Counted from the stretch's first letter, positions 1 through 8,834 are shown. The stretch: DNA of 64,000 bases from Candidatus Sulfomarinibacteraceae bacterium (GCA_963796455.1 CAWCLO010000007.1:32001-96000); one strand, 5' to 3'. Translations and numbers: made by a program. The notes: generated from the letters alone by a model not told the origin.

Positions 1-442
1 GCACCTGGGTGAACACCTGCGCTGCAAGCTGAATATCGGCACCTTGAGCGAGATGGCCGATACGGACCATGTGATCGATGAGAGCCGCCCGATGCCAGTA
101 CTCGGTCAAAGCCGTGGCGGCATCTTTGACCGCGAATATGTAGATGATCTTGCGCCAGATCCGGCGGAGGATGTACTTGATCACGGTAAATACAGCCACC
201 ACGCAACCTTGCAAGGAAAGCGGGCCGCTCAGGGATTTCACGAACTGCCGGCGCGCATCCGGCGCAATCGGAGCCTTCCGGTAGCGGGCAATCGATGACG
301 GGATTCTCCGTCTGAAGACCCCCTCGAAAACCAGATCGACCAAAGGGATGGGAATCAGGACCGAGAGCCCGGCACAGGTGGCATCGGCATAAACATGCCA
401 ATCGAACTCCGGCTCCAGGTTTTCATTTGTCAAGTCCGCCAC
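1..442 (-). CDS. Hypothetical protein, probably membrane-associated; 5' part only, runs off the window edge
   Basis: GTG at 442 with GGAGG upstream; frame stays open to the edge (MADLTNENLEPEFDWHVYADATCAGLSVLIPIPLVDLVFE...). Not in the ORF track. Confidence 0.7.
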   Translation of the reverse strand, partial: MADLTNENLEPEFDWHVYADATCAGLSVLIPIPLVDLVFEGVFRRRIPSSIARYRKAPIAPDARRQFVKSLSGPLSLQGCVVAVFTVIKYILRRIWRKIIYIFAVKDAATALTEYWHRAALIDHMVRIGHLAQGADIQLAAQVFTQV

Positions 443-828
443 GACTCCTCCGTTGACCTGATTGACGTTAGCACGCACCGAGAGACAGGCAGCAGAAGCG
501 GCTCAACGACGAGGTCATGAATCACAATCGCTCTCGTTGTTGGGTTCGGCAATCCGCGCCACTGCTGTCCAGAACAAATCACCAGGTTGAGTTCCCCTAT
601 AGAAAACACAGAGTCTACCGATCGGTAATTGGCATTCCCGGTTCGTGGTTGCCCCTTGCCCGAATTGCAGCGGCAGCGACAGTGCCCAGCGAAGCGACAG
701 CGACAGTGCCCAGCGACAGCGAACAGTGAGCAGCGACAGGAAACGGCGACAGGAAACGGCGACAGGGACAGCGGTCAGGGACGGCGGTCAGTATCCAGCG
801 ACAGCGGTCAGGAGTACAGGCGACGAAG

Positions 829-967
829 TGGCCACCTCCGGGTCGTTCCAAGGAAGGGGTAAGCCGGTGGGCGGCCGATGTCAAGGACAGGCAGGGTGCA
901 GGGCATCCTTGACATCGGCCACCACACCGGCTTGAGGGTATGGGCATGAACGACCCGGAGGTGACCA
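829..967 (+). promoter_or_regulatory. Long nested hairpin covering the RBS/start region of the four-helix-bundle gene
   Basis: 829-848 pairs with 948-967 (19/20); 861-869 with 925-933 (9/9); 873-887 with 906-920 (15/15). Confidence 0.8.
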
Positions 968-1320
968 TGTCCAACGCCGCCACTAACCCCAACCTCGTTG
1001 CCCACTCGAAAGCTCTCGAAGCAGCCGGGATCGCGATCAAGCTTGTTATGAGGGTTCCTGCTCCGCTGAAGTCCATAGCCGATCAGGTGATCCGGTCGGC
1101 AAGTTCTGTCCCTGCTAACTTGGCGGAAGGGCACGGCCGAGTCGGTAAAAACCGGTCGAACCACTGGAGAATCGCCTACGCCTCGGCAAAAGAGGTCGAC
1201 AGCCACTTGCTACTCCTCGCCCACGCCGGGGCAATCAGCCCGAACCGAGCCAGTGAAGCGATGATGGCCTTCGATCAGGTCCGTGCCATGACCTGGCGGC
1301 TGTTGAACCCGAAAGTGTGA
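967..1320 (+). CDS. Four helix bundle protein (23S rRNA intervening-sequence protein / Avd-like family)
   Basis: Family motif DQVIRSASSVPANLAEGHGR...HWRIAYASAKEVDSHL; GGAGG at 957-961 favours ATG 967 over 940. Confidence 0.9.
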   Translation: MSNAATNPNLVAHSKALEAAGIAIKLVMRVPAPLKSIADQVIRSASSVPANLAEGHGRVGKNRSNHWRIAYASAKEVDSHLLLLAHAGAISPNRASEAMMAFDQVRAMTWRLLNPKV

Positions 1321-1437
1321 GCGCTGTTCGCTGCCGCTGATGACTGAACGCTGCCCCTGACTACTGTTCGCTGTTGCTGTCGCTGTCCCTGAACGCTGTC
1401 AGAGATTCTGTCTTGGACTGGAGTGCATCTGGGTATC

Positions 1438-1468
1438 CGATACCGATAGCGATTGCGATAGCGATCGG
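1438..1468 (+). repeat. Degenerate hexamer tandem repeat (CGATAG)n
   Basis: cgatac cgatag cgattg cgatag cgatcg; the reverse-complement form occurs at 14418-14456. Confidence 0.75.
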
Positions 1469-1522
1469 AATTTGGGATTCAAAAAACTCTTCAGATTCGC
1501 CGCCTGTTACACTCGCTCCAAC

Positions 1523-2509
1523 GTGTACGAAGCTGAATACCAGGCCGCCATCGATATCGTCGCAGAAGTCTGTGGCATGACCCGAAGCGCCCAGGAGCGG
1601 ATTGTCAGCGCAGGAGAATCCATTGCGAAAGACGACCGTTCGCCGGTTACCGTGGCGGATCTCGCCGGTCAGGTCATCGTGAGCCACCGGCTCCGTGAGC
1701 TTTTTGCGGATGACCCACTATTGGCCGAGGAGAATTCCGACGCCCTCGCAGAATCGACCTTCATGGCGCAACGGGTCATCGCGCTTGCACAGATGGCCGT
1801 ACCCGACCTGAACGTCATGAGCATGATCGACGCACTCGACCGGGGCAATCACCAGGGCGGCGGTACGGGCCGGTACTGGGTGCTCGATCCGATCGACGGC
1901 ACCAAGGGCTTTTTACGCGGCGAACAATATGCCGTCGCGCTCGCACTGGTGGACGGCGGCGAGGTGGTCCTCGGAGTCCTCGGGTGCCCAAACCTGGAAC
2001 CTCTGCCGAGCGACGGCAATGACGGCAGTGGCCGTCTGTTTGCAGCCCTTCGCTCCCACGGAGCCACGTCGCTGAGCTTGAACCGGGACAGACAGCAAGC
2101 GATCGCGGTGGACCGGATCACCGATCCTTCGCAGGCGGTCGTCTGCGAATCGGTGGTGGCCGCCCATGCTGCGCACTCGGTTCAGGGAAAAATCGCCGCG
2201 CGACTCGGAATCACCGCCGAACCATACCGAATCGACAGCCAATGCAAATATGCGGTTGTCGCCCGGGGGCAGGCATCGATCTACCTCCGCCTACCACGAG
2301 ACACCAGCTATCGCGAAAAGGTATGGGACCACGCGGCGGGGTTGATCGTGGTCGAGGAGGCAGGCGGCCGAGTCAGCGATCTCCACGGAAAGCCGCTCGA
2401 TTTCTCCCAGGGCCGCCATCTCGGCCACGGCAGCGGCATCGTCTGTACCAACGGAGTCCTCCACGATCAGGTCCTTGAAGCCTGCCGGGCCGAACTCGGC
2501 CTCGACTGA
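1523..2509 (+). CDS. 3'(2'),5'-bisphosphate nucleotidase, HAL2/SAL1-like (inositol monophosphatase superfamily)
   Basis: Motifs KDDRSPVTVAD, WVLDPIDGTKGFLRG, DSQCKY, EKVWDHAAG; GTG 1523 chosen as the likely start. Confidence 0.9.
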   Translation: MYEAEYQAAIDIVAEVCGMTRSAQERIVSAGESIAKDDRSPVTVADLAGQVIVSHRLRELFADDPLLAEENSDALAESTFMAQRVIALAQMAVPDLNVMSMIDALDRGNHQGGGTGRYWVLDPIDGTKGFLRGEQYAVALALVDGGEVVLGVLGCPNLEPLPSDGNDGSGRLFAALRSHGATSLSLNRDRQQAIAVDRITDPSQAVVCESVVAAHAAHSVQGKIAARLGITAEPYRIDSQCKYAVVARGQASIYLRLPRDTSYREKVWDHAAGLIVVEEAGGRVSDLHGKPLDFSQGRHLGHGSGIVCTNGVLHDQVLEACRAELGLD

Positions 2510-2534
2510 CTCCCGACTGCCGCACGAATCCGCC

Positions 2535-3184
2535 CACGGATCACACAGAACGACCCACCGATTTTTTTTGATCTCTCAACAGAAGACCGGGGCCTTCCTG
2601 CCAACGTCGGTTGCCGTGGATTTTCAACGCAAAGGCGCAGAGGCGCAGAGATGCCTGAGACCATCTGGGTCCAGTTGATGCTTTCGTGACACGGGCCGGG
2701 CGACAGCGACAGAATTCAGCGGCAGCGGCAGGGAGCAGCAAACAGGGGAGAATCAGCAATCAGTGTGCAGCGGCAGCGATCAGGAGCACAGGCGACGAAG
2801 TAGCCACATCCGGGTCGTTCAACGGAAGGAATAGCCAGTGGGAGGCCGCTGATGACTGAACGCTGACGCTGCCCCTGAACACTGTCCGAGACACTGTCTT
2901 GGAAGAGGGTGTGAATAGATGAAGGTTGCGCTCCCGACGCGATAACACAACTGCAAGGCAGAATCGGTGTGCCGTAGGCGCACCGGTCGGTGGGAAGCGT
3001 GGCGGCGACGAGCGCTCGCGCTCGGAGACGGCACGCTTCTCACCGGCGACAGGCGATCGAACGATCGCCTGTTGTTCTGCCGCCAAGCATGTCAACACCG
3101 TAAAATCTCGCCAACCGCGCCTGTGCGACTTTGCGTTCTTGGCGTTCTTTGCGGTTCATTCTGTGTTCTTCTGTGTGTTCTGTG
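2535..3184. repeat. Nested inverted repeat arms between convergent genes
   Basis: 2535-2550 vs 3169-3184 (14/16); 2626-2646 vs 3117-3137 (19/21); together they enclose copy B. Confidence 0.7.
2700..2903 (+). mobile_element. Gene-less relative of the four-helix-bundle element (copy B)
   Basis: Core 2781-2820 is 37/40 identical to 809-848; joins the A-left and A-right sequences at GCCG; ends in CTGTCCGAGACACTGTCTTGGA. Confidence 0.7.
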
Positions 3185-3306
3185 TGTCCGGCTTCGTCGC
3201 TCCGCGGCAAAGCCGTGAGGAGCCAGCTTTGCGTAGTGGCTTGGTGCTTTGGCGCCTTCGTGGTTGCGACGCCAATTTATCTGCGACGATCTGCGGTCGT
3301 GAGATG

Positions 3307-4770
3307 TCAGACGATCGGCGGCAGGACCGGGCCCGAATGCTCGAATTTGACGGCCCGTTTTCCGGTCGCGCAGGCCATGCAGGCAGGCTGAGACTTCAGT
3401 ACGAGTTCGACAAAGACCTGTTCCGGCATGTAAAAAAGCGCATCAACCCCGAGCTCGACCCGAATCTCTTCCACATCTCCATTGAATCGGGCCCCGATGA
3501 GCTCGCTCTGTGTGGGGGTGTTGATGCCCTGGAAACACGAGTCGATGACCACCGGCCACAGGGTGCCGAAATAGATCTTCTTCGCCCCGGCCGCGCGCAA
3601 GGCGCGCACGATCCGGGTGGCGTTGGTGCCCCGGACGATGCTGTCGTCCACCAGAAAGATCGATCGCCCTTTGACCGAAATCGCATCGACCCGGAAATCG
3701 AGCATCGCCGCTTCGTCCCGTGCCTCCTGGGTTTCTTCCATGAAGATACGGCCGCCGTAGCGGTACTTCGAGACCGGTGTCGCATATTGCAGCGCCGATG
3801 AATCGAGTTCCTTTTCGAGCTTTTGAGCAAAAGCCTCGGCGCCCGGAATCGGCGAGTGCGGAATCGGCACCACCATATCGATCTCTCTGACCAGATCGGG
3901 AGCCGTTTCGAGCACATGCGTCGCCAGCGACCGTCCGGCACGCCAGCGATAACTGCGAATCTTGTCGCCCATCATCTTCGATTCCACATCGGCAAAGTAG
4001 ATGAGCTCGAAGGCGCACGGAAGCTGGTCCCGTTGCAGCAGCACGCGTCGGTCGATTTCGAGATTGCGGTTGATGAAGAGGGCGGCTCCGTGCTCGACCT
4101 CATCTTCGACCTCGTATCCGTTCTGCTCCAGAGCGAGTGTTTCGGACGCGATCATGAGTGCTTCGCGGCCTGAGCGACTCCTTCGTCCGAGAACCATCGG
4201 GCGGAAACCGTGTGGATCGCGAAATGCAAACAAGCCTTCCGGAGTCGCAAGGACGGCGGAATAGGCGCCGGTTATCGCGTGCTGGGTCTCTTTGATCGCC
4301 CGGAAGACGATTTCTTTTTCTTCAGCCGTCGGGTCGAGACGGCGGTAGTGTTCAACCCAAAGAGCGAGCACTCGCAACAGAGCTTCCGCGTCACAGTCGG
4401 CTGCCAGCGCCTGGGATCGGTTCGCCAGCTCGCTTTCGATCTGCGGAACATTCGTGATGTGTCCGTTGTGGGCCAGGGCCAGAGAAGCGTGCGCGTCGAA
4501 GAAAGGCTGGGCGTTGTTGGTGCCGCCACCGCCATATGTTTTGTATCGGGTGTGGGCGATGCCCACGTCGCCCGACACCTCTCCCAGCTGTTTGAATATG
4601 TCGTCAGCCAGGCCTTCGCCTTTTTCCAATGAAAAGCCCCGGTGAACGGGGTCGAAAACAAAGAGACCGGCGTATGCCGGCCCGCGGTGCTGGAGGAAAT
4701 GCGCCCCGTTTCCAAGGTCGCCGACCACCGAGCGTCCGTTTTTACTGATGACCCCGACGATGCCGCACAT
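3307..4770 (-). CDS. purF: Amidophosphoribosyltransferase
   Basis: N-terminal MCGIVG, LQHRG, HTRY, AHNG, VDDSIVRGT, C-terminal CMAC; GGAGG RBS. Confidence 0.93.
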   Translation of the reverse strand: MCGIVGVISKNGRSVVGDLGNGAHFLQHRGPAYAGLFVFDPVHRGFSLEKGEGLADDIFKQLGEVSGDVGIAHTRYKTYGGGGTNNAQPFFDAHASLALAHNGHITNVPQIESELANRSQALAADCDAEALLRVLALWVEHYRRLDPTAEEKEIVFRAIKETQHAITGAYSAVLATPEGLFAFRDPHGFRPMVLGRRSRSGREALMIASETLALEQNGYEVEDEVEHGAALFINRNLEIDRRVLLQRDQLPCAFELIYFADVESKMMGDKIRSYRWRAGRSLATHVLETAPDLVREIDMVVPIPHSPIPGAEAFAQKLEKELDSSALQYATPVSKYRYGGRIFMEETQEARDEAAMLDFRVDAISVKGRSIFLVDDSIVRGTNATRIVRALRAAGAKKIYFGTLWPVVIDSCFQGINTPTQSELIGARFNGDVEEIRVELGVDALFYMPEQVFVELVLKSQPACMACATGKRAVKFEHSGPVLPPIV

Positions 4771-5023
4771 GCAACCTCCTCAGACGGGCACACTATAGCC
4801 CAGCTACCCGCCCGATGCTCGTTTCTTCATTCTGGATGGCCGATTGATGGTGTTGATGCATTTCCGACCCAAAAAACCCGAATTTGACATCTCGACGGCC
4901 TCCCAGCAAAACAACGAATCCTCACCTCATCGCCTTCTTCGGGAGGCCCCATGAATCGCGGTGATAACCTTGAAGTTGGTTCTCTCGCTAACGACCTGTC
5001 AACCAATAACAAAGGATTTGGTT

Positions 5024-5518
5024 ATGAGACGTCCGCACGCCGCCTGCAATCGTTCAAACCTGAGTCCGGCGATTCCGTTGCTCGTCTGCGCGGTGATGAC
5101 AATCACGCTCGGTGGTACCAACGAAGGCATTGCGAAGGACCCTCCAATTGTAATTCGAGGTTCGAGCACCCTGCAACCTCTGGCTGAGGTATGGGCCGAC
5201 GCTATTCGACGCGATTCGCGGTCAATTCGCTTCGATATCAACGGCACCGGCACAAGCGAAGGTATCGGGGATCTGCTGGCGGGACAGGCGGACATCGCCA
5301 TGGCGTCCCGGCCGCTGGAAGGCGCCGATTTCTCACGCGATAGAAATTGTGATCGAAAGATTGGACGCGACCTCGCCGCCGATCGTGAGGGTGGGAGCGG
5401 GGATCTACAGCAATTTCCGCGGCTCCCTGCGTTTCGGAGAAACCGCGGAATCAATGATCAAAGAAACTGGGTTCTACCCCGGTGTTCAGGTGGATGTCAT
5501 CGACGACTGAATTTGTGA
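5024..5518 (+). pseudogene. Truncated PstS-like phosphate-binding protein
   Basis: Signal peptide, then IRGSSTLQPLAEVWA...GTGTSEGIGDLLAGQADIAMASRPL; similarity stops near 5325 and the ORF is far shorter than a full PstS. Confidence 0.65.
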
Positions 5519-5540
5519 GATGCGGTGGTAGTCCGGTCAG

Positions 5541-6290
5541 TTACTGCCTTTCGATTTCGCCGGTCATCGGCACAAAGCGTACCGGGATCACGGACCGTTC
5601 TTCGAATCCATCCCCGGTGCGGGTGATGACCTTGAGTTCCTGGTAGAAATCGCCGACCGGAATCACCATTTTCGCGCCCTCAGCCAGTTGCTCGAGCAAT
5701 GGATCTGGAATCCTCTCGGGAGCCGCAGTGACGATGATTCCGTCGAATGGTGCCTCGGTCGGCCACCCGCCATAACCGTCGCCACACCTCACTTCAACCG
5801 ATCGGAAGCCGAGCGCGGCAAGCGTGTCCGCCGCTCGTTCACACAATCGCTGGCGGATTTCGATGGACCGTACCTCGACCCCCATTTGTGCAAGCACCGC
5901 TGCCTGGTAGCCTGATCCAGTACCGATTTCGAGAACCTTTTGTCCCGCCTCGACTTCCAGGAGTTCGGACATGAGGGCCACGATATAAGGTTGGGAGATC
6001 GTCTGCGAGTCGCCGATCGGCAAGGGAGAATCGTTGTAGGCACCCTCGCGGTAGTTTTCCGGGACAAATAAATGCCGCGGGACGCTTCGCAGACTCGAAA
6101 GAACCGACGGGTCCTTGACCCCTCGGGCCTCGATCTGTTGGCTGACCATCTCTTCGCGCTGCATCGTCCAGTCAGGCTCCGTCAATCCCGGTTGGGTTCC
6201 ACCGTCCGAATTACAGCCGATGACGGCCAGAATCGCAATCGAGCCCGCGGCCGCGAAACGAAGCGGGATCACGCTGCCGCCGGGCTTCAT
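5541..6290 (-). CDS. pcm: Protein-L-isoaspartate O-methyltransferase with a putative lipoprotein signal
   Basis: VPRHLFV, QTISQPYIVA, VLEIGTGSGYQAA, APFDGIIVTAA, VRFVPM; N-terminal ...AILAVIGC. Confidence 0.93.
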   Translation of the reverse strand: MKPGGSVIPLRFAAAGSIAILAVIGCNSDGGTQPGLTEPDWTMQREEMVSQQIEARGVKDPSVLSSLRSVPRHLFVPENYREGAYNDSPLPIGDSQTISQPYIVALMSELLEVEAGQKVLEIGTGSGYQAAVLAQMGVEVRSIEIRQRLCERAADTLAALGFRSVEVRCGDGYGGWPTEAPFDGIIVTAAPERIPDPLLEQLAEGAKMVIPVGDFYQELKVITRTGDGFEERSVIPVRFVPMTGEIERQ

Positions 6291-6644
6291 CAGGATTCTC
6301 CACCTTTCGCCGCTGCAACCGGGGTCGATGGTTCATGCGGCTGCTTCGTTTCCGAGCTTCTCCGTTGATCACGACGGTCAACCGGCTCTGAGCCATCCAC
6401 CTTTTCCACATGGTAGAACACCTGACCGAGATACTCCATCGCACCGCTGACCATGCAGTTTACATGCCGGTCCGGAGCCCAAGCTACGTTCCAATGCCTG
6501 GCTCTGCAAAATGTCTCCGCGCTGGTGGCAGATGGAGCTTTGGGCGTCCTCGATTTGGGACAAACGACCTGCAGTTCGGACAGTCTCCCGCGGTATGACC
6601 GCGGTTTCTCTCTGTTATGGGTGCAGAAGACCGAACTGAAGCGC

Positions 6645-6660
6645 TGGCACGGGCTTTGCT
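6645..6660 (+). promoter_or_regulatory. Sigma54 (-24/-12) promoter
   Basis: TGGCACG-GGCT-TTGCT, about 50 bp upstream of ATG 6710. Confidence 0.75.
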
Positions 6661-6709
6661 CTTCCCCTGGTTGACGACGGCATCAATCATCACCGTCGGG
6701 GAGGCATCC

Positions 6710-8155
6710 ATGAGACACCAAAGAAAACTCGCGTATCTCGCAGCCGCAATCATCGTGATCGGCGCTGCCGCGGTCGTCGAGGCCGGCGGCCACTTCGGTC
6801 TCTACGTCGGTGGAGGGGGTTTTGGAGTCTCGGTGGGAGTCGGTGACTGGGGTGTTCACACCCGATCGTGGGCCGATCCCCACTGGTCGCTCAACTTCGA
6901 AGCCACCCTTTCCGGCTATGGCGAATGGGTTTGGGTCGGAGGCATCGGACGGGTGTGGCGTCCCTGGGTGGCCGCCGGTTGGCAGCCATATACCCACGGC
7001 CGCTGGGTCCACACCGTCCACGGATGGAACTGGGTCGCTTTCGAGCCCTGGGGATACGTCCCTCACCACTACGGAAACTGGGCCTATTCGTCCTTTGGCT
7101 GGGTCTGGGTCCCGGGTTATTCCTATGTCAGTGCCAACGTCGTCTGGGTCCGCGGTGGCGGCTACATCGGTTGGTATGCATGCCCTCCCCGCGGCTGGAG
7201 TCACGCCGCGCGAGGCTTCCACCACGGCTACCGGCATGGATTTCAGGACGGCTATGACACCGGCTACAGGGACGGTTGGCACGATGCTCGATACGCAAAC
7301 TATGTGGATTGGCGCCACTTCGGATCGGACAACGTCTCGCACCACGTGGTGGACCACTCTCGCGCCTCGAGATCAAGGATCGAGAATCACGCGGCCGCTC
7401 CCTCGACGTCGGAAATCCACAGTCGAGGTGGCGCTCGGATGCGTGATGTTCCGGTGTCGCGGCGCACCGTCAGCATGGCCGGCAGAGAGATCACCATCGC
7501 CCGGCCCGAGGGTGTCGCAGCAAGCATCGAGCGCCACGCGCGAGACACGGTCAGTCGGACGTTGACACCCGACGCACTCGAGAGAAGACAACCGATGGTC
7601 CGCTCGCGCCCATCTGAAGCAACTGCCGCTGCATCCTCGCGCGGAGAATCTCTCAGAAAACCGCAACGACAGACCGAACCTCGTCCTGAAAGCGCCGATC
7701 GCGCGACAAGCTCGAGTCGGACAAGACAGCATTCGAGTTCGCTCGCCGAAGGCCGGCAACCAATTTCCGCCTCGAGATCGATCCAGTCACGACAGCGTCA
7801 GTCTGAACCCTCGGAGACAGGCGGCAGCAGCGAGACCGGGGTGTCGCGTTCCAACTCGTCCGTTGCGTCCGGTCGTCGACTCTCTGCCACAAGCAGAAGC
7901 ACCTCGCGGACACCTTCGGAACGATCGCGAGCAATCGAACGAAGCACGACATCACAACGCGATCGAGCTAGTCGGTCGATTGACTCGCGACGGCAGAATT
8001 CCCCGTCCGCCAGATCCAAACCGGAGGGCACGAGATCCTCTGCGCGCCGGTCAGAGAAAAAGCCGGCCGCCGAAAACGCGACCACCGCTCGGGCACGAGG
8101 CTCGAAGCCACAGAGCAAAGAAAAACCAAAACCGGAGGCCAAACGTCGGCGTTGA
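6710..8155 (+). CDS. Secreted Trp/Gly-rich protein (DUF6600-like) with a long Ser/Arg-rich disordered tail
   Basis: Signal peptide; LSGYGEWVW...WQPYTHGRW...EPWGYVPHHYGNW...WVWVPG; GGAGG before ATG 6710. Confidence 0.75.
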   Translation: MRHQRKLAYLAAAIIVIGAAAVVEAGGHFGLYVGGGGFGVSVGVGDWGVHTRSWADPHWSLNFEATLSGYGEWVWVGGIGRVWRPWVAAGWQPYTHGRWVHTVHGWNWVAFEPWGYVPHHYGNWAYSSFGWVWVPGYSYVSANVVWVRGGGYIGWYACPPRGWSHAARGFHHGYRHGFQDGYDTGYRDGWHDARYANYVDWRHFGSDNVSHHVVDHSRASRSRIENHAAAPSTSEIHSRGGARMRDVPVSRRTVSMAGREITIARPEGVAASIERHARDTVSRTLTPDALERRQPMVRSRPSEATAAASSRGESLRKPQRQTEPRPESADRATSSSRTRQHSSSLAEGRQPISASRSIQSRQRQSEPSETGGSSETGVSRSNSSVASGRRLSATSRSTSRTPSERSRAIERSTTSQRDRASRSIDSRRQNSPSARSKPEGTRSSARRSEKKPAAENATTARARGSKPQSKEKPKPEAKRRR

Positions 8156-8183
8156 GGCTCGAAGGGAAAGGGACAAAGACACA

Positions 8184-8226
8184 GATGCTCGATACTCGAT
8201 GCTGGATGCTGGATGCTGGATGCTCT
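8184..8226 (+). repeat. Heptamer tandem repeat (GATGCTG/GATACTC)n
   Basis: About 6 units; the same family occurs at 14335-14357, 24645-24738 and 35366-35392. Confidence 0.8.
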
Positions 8227-8228
8227 GG

Positions 8229-8788
8229 ATCCATACGTCGATTCCATTTCGGATAGCGAACAGGGACAGCGAATGGGATGGAGGGGTCGAGAGGCGGAAA
8301 TCAGCCATCAGCGTAGTGATTTCAGCGGCCATGGGACAGCGACCAGCATGTCACTTCTGGCGGAGCTCCGGCCTTTGTGGTGCGGCCGTCTCGGCCTGAA
8401 CGGTGAAGCCGGAAGGGGCGCAGCCACAACGGCTGTTCCTATGAGATGAACCACCCGGAGGAGGCTACTTCAGGTCGCCAGGACTCCTGATCGCTGCCGC
8501 CGAGCAGCGCGAGTCGCTGAACCGGGTCGCTGCTCCACTGTCGCTGCCGAAGGACGCTGTCGCCGCAGGATGACAATTCTGGAAAGGGAGCGGAATCGGG
8601 TCAAAGAGCCAACCGCGGCAACAGGATCATGTCAGAGCGGTGCGATTCGAAAACCACGAGATGCAGTTGCAACTAACATCAGGTGACGATCTGTTATGGA
8701 CTAGCAGTAATGCTGGAGATGAACAGTGGAATCCATACGTCGATTCCATTTCCGATCCCGATCCCGTTCCCGAATGGGCGGAGGGGCG
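8229..8788 (+). repeat. Direct repeat pair with an identical 22-mer ATCCATACGTCGATTCCATTTC (8229-8250, 8731-8752)
   Basis: Exact match, each followed by GAT, about three hexamers, CGAATGGG and GGAGGGG; the pair brackets copy C. Confidence 0.8.
8300..8617 (-). mobile_element. Gene-less relative of the four-helix-bundle element with a REP-like palindrome (copy C)
   Basis: Core at 8448-8489 (2-nt insertion); palindrome at 8375-8429; same junction sequences as copy D. Confidence 0.6.
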
Positions 8789-8834
8789 AAAGGGAGAACC
8801 GCACCTGAAGCCGCGTTCGTAATAAGGAGCGGGT

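Larger units (their letters stand above)
638..1417 (+). mobile_element. Putative repeated element carrying the four-helix-bundle gene (copy A, intact)
   Basis: Left motif CCGGTTCGYGGTTGCCCCWTGCCC shared with copy E; (CAGCGA)-like arm; 40-nt core at 809-848; hairpin; gene; (TCGCTG)-like arm; right motif CTGTCMGAGAnnCTGTCTTGGA shared with copies B and D. Mobility is inferred from dispersed copies only. Confidence 0.6.

Noticed and set aside
879..938. Divergent sigma70 promoters from the two TTGACA hexamers in the hairpin
   Set aside because: No convincing -10 element at 16-18 bp spacing on either strand.
638..1417. Diversity-generating retroelement or 23S rRNA intervening sequence
   Set aside because: The gene is Avd/IVP-like, but there is no RT, no TR/VR pair with adenine-specific mismatches, and no flanking rRNA sequence in the window.
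638..1417. Classical IS or MITE
   Set aside because: No transposase, terminal inverted repeats or target-site duplication could be identified.
3307..4770. purF as a degenerate or inactive paralog
   Set aside because: The catalytic Cys1, PRPP-binding motif and four candidate Fe-S cysteines are all present.
6290..6454. 54-aa ORF (MVSGAMEYLGQVFYHVEK...) whose stop overlaps the pcm start
   Set aside because: The overlap is suggestive, but there is no clear RBS or motif, so it is not called.
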